Shown one piece after another: positions 1-5,770 of a stretch of DNA of 8,911 bases. This DNA is from Ostreococcus tauri (taxonomy: Eukaryota). The position numbers and the translations under genes were made by a program. The stretch's first letter is position 1. Each line of letters begins with the position of its first letter. The stretch is from positions 759,913 to 768,823 of the forward strand of contig CAID01000001.2 of assembly GCA_000214015.2 (NCBI GenBank), given 5' to 3'. A model generated the notes under the pieces. That model had not been told where the DNA came from and made no database searches. It saw only the letters and a program-made list of their open reading frames with translations.

Positions 1-82
1 GGGGCGACGCGCGAGCGCGATCGAGGGGTGTTTCGACAAGCTTCGTCGAGGGATCGAGGGAAGGAAACGTGGACCGCGCGCG
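1..82 (+). promoter_or_regulatory. 5-prime flank / 5-prime UTR of the Ca2+-ATPase gene
   Basis: There is no ATG anywhere in 1..82. The first ATG (83) has G at -3 and G at +4. The track ORF 28..219 starts at a GTG and translates to Gly/Arg-rich junk. No TATA-like element is visible, so the promoter may lie upstream of the window. Confidence 0.4.
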
Positions 83-3000
83 ATGGTGGCGGACGACGGG
101 ACGTGCGCGGCGTGGACGAAGAGCGTGGAGGAGACGCTGAGGCATCACGGCGTGCGCGCGTCGACGGGGGTGGATGCGGCGAGCGTGGAGGCGCGGCGGG
201 CGGAGGCGGGCGGGTTTAACGAGCTCGAGCGCGAGCCGGGTAAGCCGCTGTGGGAGCTCGTTTTGGAGCAGTTCGACGACGCGCTGGTGAAGGTGTTGTT
301 GCTCGCGGCGGCGGTGTCGTTCGCGCTGGCGTATTTTGAGAGCGGCGAGAGTGAGGGCGGGCACTCGTTCGCGGCGTACGTGGAACCGCTGGTCATCTTG
401 CTCATCTTAGTGCTGAACGCGATAGTCGGCGTTTGGCAAGAGAGCAACGCGGAGAATGCGCTTGAAGCGCTGAAGGAGATGCAAAGCGAGCACGCTAAAT
501 GCCTGCGCGATGGCGTGTGGAACGGCTCCCTGGCGGCGAGGGAGTTGGTGCCGGGAGACATTGTGGAGCTCAAGACGGGTGACCGTGTGCCGGCGGATTG
601 TAGAGTTATCAAGTTGAAGACGGCCACGGTTCGGGTCGAGCAGGCCTCTCTCACTGGAGAGTCAGTGGCCGTTGATAAACGAACCGACGCTGTACGCGAT
701 GCCGACATCGAGCTCCAAGGTAAGACGTGCATGATGTTCGCCGGCACGGCGGTGTCCAACGGAAGCTGCCTGTGCGTCGTAAACACGATCGGCATGGCCA
801 CGGAAATCGGTAAGATTCAGTCTCAGATTAAAGAGGCGAGCGAGGAGGAAGAGGACACGCCTCTGAAGCAAAAGTTGGATCGTTTCGGCGAGAGTCTGAC
901 GAAGATGATCGGCCTTATTTGTCTCATCGTTTGGTTGATCAACTACGAGCACTTCATCCAGTTTAGCTTCAAGGCTGGTTCCCCGATTCCGACCGTCACG
1001 TTCGATCTGGGCAAGTGCACGTACTACTTCAAGATTGCGGTCGCTCTGGCGGTGGCGGCGATCCCCGAGGGTTTACCCGCCGTGATCACGACGTGCTTGG
1101 CTTTGGGCACGAGAAAGATGGCGCAAAAAAATGCCATCGTCCGCAAACTTCCGAGCGTCGAGACGCTCGGCTGCACGAGCGTCATTTGCAGTGACAAGAC
1201 GGGAACATTGACAACGAACCAAATGTCGGTGGTCAAGCTCATCTCGGTTCGCAATGAGAAGAAGTTGGATCAGTACGAAGTTGAAGGGACGACGTACAAT
1301 CCTACCGAGGGCGGTGTCATTGGCATCCCAAAAAATCTGGATGCCAACTTGATTTCGATCGGAAAAGTTTCTGCGCTGTGCAATGGAGCGCACATAGAGT
1401 TCAAAAATGGCGCGTACAAGTGCGTCGGAGAACCGACGGAAGGGGCTCTCAAAGTGTTGTGTGAGAAGATAGGTCTGGAGAACATGCGCGGCGTCGAGGC
1501 GAAACGCGAATCTGATCCGGAGCAGAATGCGCAGATCGTGTGCGACATGATTGAAAGTACCTTTGACGTAAAAGCCATGTTGGAGTTTGATCGCGATCGC
1601 AAGTCGATGAGCGTGATCGCGGGTGAGAAGACGAAAGGAAAGCGCAACGGCTCATTGCGTGAGAATGAACTCCTCGTCAAGGGTGCGCCAGAAGTATTGC
1701 TCGAGCGATGCTCGAGCGTCCAGTTGCCAAACGGATCAACATTGCCGCTCTCTGCGTCGATGCGAAAAATGATTCTCGCCGAGCAAGCGAAGATGGCTCG
1801 TAGTGCGCTCAGATGCCTGGCGTTTGCCACCAAGTCTGCTCTCGGTGAGTTGTCATCTTATGATGGCACGGAGAAACACAAGGCGCACGCCGTTTTGAAG
1901 GATCCGTCGGCTTACGCATCGATCGAGTCTGACTTGACATTCGTCGGTATGGCTGGGTTGCGCGATCCTCCGAGACCGGAGGTCGCGGGTGCCATCGAAG
2001 ACTGCCACACGGCGGGCATCCGAGTCATCGTTATTACCGGCGACAACCAGCTCACCGCGGAGGCCATCTGCACTGAGATCGGCGTCTTCTCGAACCAAGC
2101 CGAGGTCAAGGGTCGATCTTTCACGGGTCGCGAATTTGCGGCTATGCCAAGGTCAAAGCAGCTCAAAATTCTCCAGGGTTCTGGTGGACGCGTTTTCAGC
2201 CGCGCCGAGCCAAAGCACAAGCAAGACATCGTGCGTCTTCTTCGCGACATGGGAGAGGTGGTCGCCATGACGGGCGATGGTGTGAACGACGCTCCGGCAT
2301 TGAAGCTTGCCGATATCGGCATCGCCATGGGTATCGCCGGCACAGAAGTCGCCAAAGAGGCGTCTGACATGGTCCTAGCAGACGACAATTTCAGCACCAT
2401 TGTCGAAGCGGTTTCCGAGGGTAGGAGCATATACAACAACATGAAGGCATTCATTCGATATATGATATCGTCGAACGTCGGTGAAGTCGTGAGTATCTTC
2501 CTCACCGCCGCGCTTGGCATCCCCGAGGGACTCGTCCCCGTCCAACTGCTTTGGGTAAATCTCGTCACTGATGGTCCGCCGGCAACTGCTCTCGGTTTCA
2601 ATCCGCCAGATAAGGATATCATGACCAAGCCACCTAGAAGGAAGGACGAAGATCTCCTGACCAACTGGGTCATGTTTAGGTACGCCGTGGTCGGGCTTTA
2701 CGTCGGTGTCGCGACCGTGGGTGCCTTTGTGATTTGGTTCACGCAAACGAGCTTCATGGGCATCGATTTGAGTGGAGACGGACACACCGCGGTGACGCTC
2801 ACGCAGCTCACCACCTGGGGTCAGTGCGCGAGCTGGAAGAACTTCAAGGGAGGTAAATTCACTGCAGGAGGAGTCACATACGATTACACTGGCAAAAACG
2901 CGTGCGAGTACTTCGAGGCGGGAAAAATTAAGGCGTCCACACTATCGCTCACCGTCCTCGTTGCCATCGAGATGTTCAACGCGCTTAACGCACTCTCTGA

Positions 3001-3277
3001 GGACGGGTCTTTGGTCATGATGCCGCCGTGGCGCAACCCGTATCTTCTTCTCGCCATGCTCGTCTCCTTCGGGTCGCACTTCGTGATCATGTACATACCG
3101 TACCTGGCTGACGTCTTCTCGATTGTTCCTCTCGATTTCAACGAATGGATGCTCGTCATGGCGTGCGCCGCGCCGGTGTGTCTCATCGACGAGGTGCTCA
3201 AGGTGTTCGGTCGCGCCGCGTCTCGTCGCGAGCTCAAAGCTCGCCTCAACCGATCGTCGTCGTTTTTTAGCGCGTGA
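83..3277 (+). CDS. P-type ATPase, type IIA: sarco/endoplasmic-reticulum-type Ca2+-transporting ATPase (SERCA / plant ECA-like), full length
   Basis: Uninterrupted 1064-codon ORF from an ATG. P-type motifs are read directly from the translation: TGES (653..664), phosphorylation site DKTGTLT (Asp codon 1193..1195), KGAPE, and [12 protein letters not shown] (2270..2305). SERCA-type Ca2+-site helices are all present: M4 IPEGLPAV (PEGLPAV at 1064..1084), M5 SSNVGEV, M6 [17 protein letters not shown]8 [14 protein letters not shown]. The long lumenal M7-M8 loop has a Cys pair (2825..2827 and 2903..2905). The strings [17 protein letters not shown] and NEWMLV resemble plant ECA1-type pumps, as far as I recall those sequences. 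The N-terminus ([10 protein letters not shown]...GFNELE...LEQFDD) matches the conserved cation-ATPase N-terminal domain, so no intron needs to be invoked. Confidence 0.95.
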   Translation: MVADDGTCAAWTKSVEETLRHHGVRASTGVDAASVEARRAEAGGFNELEREPGKPLWELVLEQFDDALVKVLLLAAAVSFALAYFESGESEGGHSFAAYVEPLVILLILVLNAIVGVWQESNAENALEALKEMQSEHAKCLRDGVWNGSLAARELVPGDIVELKTGDRVPADCRVIKLKTATVRVEQASLTGESVAVDKRTDAVRDADIELQGKTCMMFAGTAVSNGSCLCVVNTIGMATEIGKIQSQIKEASEEEEDTPLKQKLDRFGESLTKMIGLICLIVWLINYEHFIQFSFKAGSPIPTVTFDLGKCTYYFKIAVALAVAAIPEGLPAVITTCLALGTRKMAQKNAIVRKLPSVETLGCTSVICSDKTGTLTTNQMSVVKLISVRNEKKLDQYEVEGTTYNPTEGGVIGIPKNLDANLISIGKVSALCNGAHIEFKNGAYKCVGEPTEGALKVLCEKIGLENMRGVEAKRESDPEQNAQIVCDMIESTFDVKAMLEFDRDRKSMSVIAGEKTKGKRNGSLRENELLVKGAPEVLLERCSSVQLPNGSTLPLSASMRKMILAEQAKMARSALRCLAFATKSALGELSSYDGTEKHKAHAVLKDPSAYASIESDLTFVGMAGLRDPPRPEVAGAIEDCHTAGIRVIVITGDNQLTAEAICTEIGVFSNQAEVKGRSFTGREFAAMPRSKQLKILQGSGGRVFSRAEPKHKQDIVRLLRDMGEVVAMTGDGVNDAPALKLADIGIAMGIAGTEVAKEASDMVLADDNFSTIVEAVSEGRSIYNNMKAFIRYMISSNVGEVVSIFLTAALGIPEGLVPVQLLWVNLVTDGPPATALGFNPPDKDIMTKPPRRKDEDLLTNWVMFRYAVVGLYVGVATVGAFVIWFTQTSFMGIDLSGDGHTAVTLTQLTTWGQCASWKNFKGGKFTAGGVTYDYTGKNACEYFEAGKIKASTLSLTVLVAIEMFNALNALSEDGSLVMMPPWRNPYLLLAMLVSFGSHFVIMYIPYLADVFSIVPLDFNEWMLVMACAAPVCLIDEVLKVFGRAASRRELKARLNRSSSFFSA

Positions 3278-3336
3278 AGTGATTTTAATACACGCTACCG
3301 GTACGGTTATCCATCCGCCTCGCGCGCGTCGACCTC
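3278..3336. terminator. 59-bp convergent spacer holding both 3-prime UTR/polyadenylation regions (SERCA + strand, small ORF - strand)
   Basis: It lies between stop TGA 3275..3277 (+) and stop TAG 3339..3337 (-). There is a local AT-rich patch (gattttaatacac) and an 8-bp palindrome TACCGGTA at 3296..3303. No explicit poly(A) signal is recognisable. Confidence 0.35.
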
Positions 3337-3651
3337 CTAGTGTCGTCCAGGGAACTTATCCACCATCTCCCCGATCACCGGCCCCGAGAGCTTGACGACG
3401 ATCCCCACGCACGTGAGCGCCAGCGCCGCGAACCCAGCCTTGAGCGCCGTCTCAAACGCCTCGCTCTCGAGCAAGTCATCCCTCGTCTCCACCGGTCGTC
3501 GAAAATCCGTCGTCGTCGCCTCGTCCTCCTCCGTCGTCGCCTCGGTCCGCACTCGGCGGTTCACGCCCATCGACGCGCGCGATCGCGCGGCGTTCGCGCG
3601 CGGCGACACGCGCGCGCGCGCCCAACGCGCGGGGACGGTCGTCGTCGACAT
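3337..3651 (-). CDS. Small hypothetical protein (104 aa from ATG 3651; 77 aa if ATG 3570 is used) with Ala/Arg/Ser-rich N-terminus, acidic Thr/Glu/Asp middle and C-terminal hydrophobic segment
   Basis: The track start 3672 is a GTG. The first ATG in frame is 3651..3649 and the next is 3570..3568. In the C-terminal part every codon I decoded ends in G/C (gtg gag ggg atc gtg ccg ggg tcg ctc aag gtc gtc atc), matching the bias of the confident genes. The hydrophobic stretch AGFAALALTCVGIVV(K)LSGPVIG lies at about 3370..3447. The N-terminus MSTTTVPARWARARVSPRANAARSRAS could be an organellar presequence, but it could also be untranslated GC-rich sequence. An in-frame 13-bp direct repeat (3511..3523 and 3532..3544) encodes the duplicated EATT. 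I recognise no family. Confidence 0.5.
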   Translation of the reverse strand: MSTTTVPARWARARVSPRANAARSRASMGVNRRVRTEATTEEDEATTTDFRRPVETRDDLLESEAFETALKAGFAALALTCVGIVVKLSGPVIGEMVDKFPGRH

Positions 3652-3655
3652 GTCG
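3646..3655. repeat. Perfect 10-bp palindrome CGACATGTCG containing interlocked candidate start codons on both strands
   Basis: Read directly from the sequence: + strand ATG at 3650..3652, - strand ATG at 3651..3649, and CATG at the dyad 3649..3652. Confidence 0.9.
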
Positions 3656-4873
3656 TCGAAGAGTGACGACACTTCGCGGTCGATGCGGGCGGTCGACGTC
3701 GCGCTCGACGCTCGAAGGATCGCGGACGCGCGCGAAGACGTCGTGCGTTGGATATCCGACGCGAACGCGGAGGACGACGCCCTGCGCGCGGCGTCGCGAG
3801 GGCAAAAGGGAGGGTCGATGGAATCATCGACGCGCGCGGAGACCGCGGCGGAGGCGGCGCGCGCGCGCGGAAACGCGTCGTATCGAGCCGGGAGGTACGA
3901 GGAGGCGATCGAGCACTACACCGAGAGCGCGGAGCGATCGGAGAGCGCGACGGCGCTCGCGAATCGATCGATGTGTTGGTTGAAGCTCGCGCGGTGGAGC
4001 GACGCCGAGGCGGATTGCGACGCGGCGGCGCGACTGGAGATGGATTGCGCGCTCAGGGTGAAGGTGTTGCAGCGGCGCGGGACGGCGAAGAGGGAGCTGG
4101 GAAAACTCTTGGAGAGCGTGATGGATTTCGAGGAGGCACTGCGGTACGAGCCGACGAGTAAGATTTTGCGCGAGGAGCGGGCGAGGAGTCAACGCGCGTT
4201 CGAGCTCGAGTCAAAGGTTCGACCGACGCAGACGCGATTTAGGATTCCGGTGGTGGAGTGTGACGACGATGACGGAGAGGACGAAAATGACGCGAGAGAC
4301 GCGAGCGACGACGCGGAGGCGTCGATGGACGTCGACGGGACCGAGCGCGTCGTCGAGGCGTCTTCGGCGACGGCGAGAGAGACGTCTCCACGGGCGAAAC
4401 CACCGGTCGCGCGCGACGAGACGTCCGCGCGCTCGGCGTCACCGGTGACCGACGACTTGGTGAACAGAGCGGCGGCGATCGCGGCGAGTCGACCGGTCTC
4501 GACGCCGAGAACCGGCGCCGAGTTTGAACGCGCGTACAGAGCGGAGATGAAGGCGGCCACGCCCGCGTCCGAGTCCCGTCGAGCCGACATCTTGCGTCTC
4601 GTGCCGCTCGACCGAATCACCACCATTTTCGCCGGCGGCATCGACCCCGACGTCCTCGCCGACGTCGTCACCATCGCCCTCGAGCGTTGGTTCCCCGCCG
4701 ACGCGGACGCCGCGCTCGCCTGGCTCGAGCGTCTCCGCGACGTCCCTCGCTTCGCCATATCCGTCGCCCTTCGACCTCGACGGGCGTCGCTTCGTCTCTC
4801 CAGCGCCTTCGACGCCGCGCCGGCGTCGTCGCACCCTCGCGCGCGCGCCATCCGACGCGCCCTCGCGGCGTGA
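3650..4873 (+). CDS. TPR-domain co-chaperone-like protein with C-terminal RPAP3_C domain (RPAP3 / SPAG1-like)
   Basis: The track start 3392 is a TTG. The first ATG in frame is 3650 (G at -3) and the next is 3683 (poorer context). A three-repeat TPR block lies at about 3839..4165: GNASYRAGRYEEAIEHYTESA, ALANRSMCWLKLARWSDAEADCDAAARLE, VKVLQRRGTAKRELGKLLESVMDFEEALRYEP. This is the Hsp70/Hsp90-binding TPR pattern (GN...Y..A...Y, NR..C..KL, K...RRG). An acidic linker ECDDDDGEDENDARDASDD follows. The C-terminal segment at about 4505..4819 (AEFERAYRAE...ILRLVPLDRITTIFAGGIDPDVLADVVTIALERWF...WLERLRDVPRFAISVALRP) follows the RPAP3_C pattern as I remember it from human RPAP3 (FEFEQAWRSL...YLKQIEP..LPKLF...ILQRLSELKRFDMAVMF). 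Confidence 0.8.
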   Translation: MSSKSDDTSRSMRAVDVALDARRIADAREDVVRWISDANAEDDALRAASRGQKGGSMESSTRAETAAEAARARGNASYRAGRYEEAIEHYTESAERSESATALANRSMCWLKLARWSDAEADCDAAARLEMDCALRVKVLQRRGTAKRELGKLLESVMDFEEALRYEPTSKILREERARSQRAFELESKVRPTQTRFRIPVVECDDDDGEDENDARDASDDAEASMDVDGTERVVEASSATARETSPRAKPPVARDETSARSASPVTDDLVNRAAAIAASRPVSTPRTGAEFERAYRAEMKAATPASESRRADILRLVPLDRITTIFAGGIDPDVLADVVTIALERWFPADADAALAWLERLRDVPRFAISVALRPRRASLRLSSAFDAAPASSHPRARAIRRALAA

Positions 4874-4978
4874 ACGGCGTCGTCGTCCCACGTCGCGCGC
4901 GATACCGTTACATCGCATGCAATACGACCGTTCCGATCGATCGCCCGAACCGTCGCCCGACCCGTGGGCGTCTTTTCG

Positions 4979-5680
4979 ATGCGTGTGCGCGAACAGTACG
5001 CGCGACGGTTCGCCCCGACGCCCGTGGTCGATCGGCGACGGTTCGCTCGGCGTCGACGCGGCACATCGACGCGTCGACCGCGGATGCGGCGCGCGAAGCG
5101 ACGGAAGAGCGGCAACGGCCGCGTCGACGTCGATGCCGTCGACGGCGCGTCGAGCGACGAGAGCGACGGGTCGAGCGCGCGCGCGCGCTCGACGAGCTCG
5201 AGCGACGGTCGACGATCGTGGCGGTCGACCGCGAGCTCGACCGCGAGGATGACGTTGACGCGCGCGCGCGAGGGCGCGTTCGATGGATCGGACGAGGCGA
5301 GCGAGAACGAAGGAACGTCGAGAGAGGTGGTGGAGAAGATGCGGACGCATCGGGGGGAGGAACGACGACACGGTGGGTCGATGATGCTGCAATTGCTGGA
5401 TAACTTGGGAGAGCTGCGATTGGACGGAGACGGTCTGGGCGAGCCGGCGATGGTGTTCCTGTACACGGAGGATGGGGTGGAACAAGTGGTGAATTCACAC
5501 TCGGGCGTGGGGCGTCAGAGCGCGATCGGAAGGCTGAGGGAGAAAGCCGTAGCACACGATGGAGATAGCGAGAACGAGGGAGCGGCTGGCTCGCTTCGGT
5601 CGGAAACCGGGCATTTCTTTTCCACGGAGTTGGAGAACTCGAGAGATGAGAGTAAGCGCGTGGACGAGGACTCGAAATAA
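4979..5680 (+). CDS. Hypothetical low-complexity protein (233 aa): strongly basic N-terminus, Ser/Asp/Glu acidic tracts, more ordinary C-terminal third
   Basis: The track start 4964 is a GTG. The first in-frame ATG is 4979 (weak context, T at -3). Codon choice (gcg, acg, tcg, gag, gtg) matches the confident genes. The stop TAA at 5678..5680 is followed by the only AT-rich spacer in the window and faces a convergent gene, which fits the gene layout. RRRFARRRRGTSTRRPRMRRAKRRK looks NLS-like. SSDESDGSS, DGSDEASENEG and DGDSENEG are acidic Ser clusters. I recognise no domain, and the exact start is uncertain. Confidence 0.5.
   Translation: MRVREQYARRFAPTPVVDRRRFARRRRGTSTRRPRMRRAKRRKSGNGRVDVDAVDGASSDESDGSSARARSTSSSDGRRSWRSTASSTARMTLTRAREGAFDGSDEASENEGTSREVVEKMRTHRGEERRHGGSMMLQLLDNLGELRLDGDGLGEPAMVFLYTEDGVEQVVNSHSGVGRQSAIGRLREKAVAHDGDSENEGAAGSLRSETGHFFSTELENSRDESKRVDEDSK
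5170..5193. repeat. Perfect 24-bp palindrome GTCGAGCGCGCGCGCGCGCTCGAC with alternating GC core, inside the 4979..5680 CDS
   Basis: I verified base by base that the reverse complement is identical. It encodes part of SSARARST. Confidence 0.9.
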
Positions 5681-5770
5681 CAAAGTATGTACCATTCGAC
5701 GGAATAATTGTACCGTTAGGTTGATTTACACTCATGTCAATTGTAACATGAAACTAGCACGCGACGCACA
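5681..5770. terminator. 90-bp AT-rich convergent spacer: shared 3-prime UTR / polyadenylation zone of genes 4979..5680 (+) and 5771..7501 (-)
   Basis: This is the lowest-GC segment in the window. TGTAA is present on the + strand at 5742..5746, 62 nt after the + stop. TGTAA is also present on the - strand (TTACA at 5726..5730), 41 nt after the - stop. TGTAA is the poly(A) signal in chlorophycean algae. Its use in this lineage is only assumed, and the motif is absent after the SERCA and JmjC stops. Confidence 0.4.

Noticed and set aside
145-2785. Multiple - strand ORFs inside the SERCA gene (145..801, 1270..1833, 1912..2673, 2375..2785 and others)
   Set aside because: They are antisense to a confidently identified full-length P-type ATPase. 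For 1912..2673 I checked the phase and it shares wobble positions with the SERCA frame. The translations are Ser/Pro/Thr/Ala-rich without motifs.
3608-3622. Alternating CG runs (also near 3858..3868, 4841..4852, 5259..5272 and 7281..7292) as possible Z-DNA or regulatory elements
   Set aside because: They occur repeatedly inside coding sequence wherever Ala-Arg is written gcg-cgc. This is a compositional by-product with no positional specificity. Only the 3608..3622 run is mentioned, in the context of the divergent start region.
3392-3649. 86-codon N-terminal extension of the TPR protein in the track ORF
   Set aside because: The extension starts at a TTG and contains no ATG. It is open only because it shares wobble positions with the minus-strand small ORF. 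A eukaryotic start at ATG 3650 is far more likely.
3340-3983. Other + and - strand ORFs around the divergent start region (3340..3666 +, 3476..3805 -, 3561..3827 -, 3663..3983 +, 3748..4161 +, 3824..4192 -)
   Set aside because: The translations are Arg-dominated (RRRR, RARR runs), as expected from out-of-frame reading of GC-rich sequence. None has a recognisable motif, and they overlap better-supported genes.
4189-5466. 425-aa ORF on the - strand (plus the overlapping 348-aa ORF at 4439..5485 and the 275-aa ORF at 4908..5735) spanning two + strand genes
   Set aside because: For 4189..5466 the codon third positions coincide with the third positions of the + strand genes (3650..4873 and 4979..5680 share one phase). 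High GC3 on the sense strand suppresses stops in this antisense frame. The translation is Ser/Arg/Ala/Pro low-complexity with no domain, and it would run straight across an intergenic spacer. The other two ORFs lie in different antisense frames of the same very GC-rich stretch and translate to similar Arg/Ser/Pro-rich junk. I treat all three as antisense shadow ORFs.
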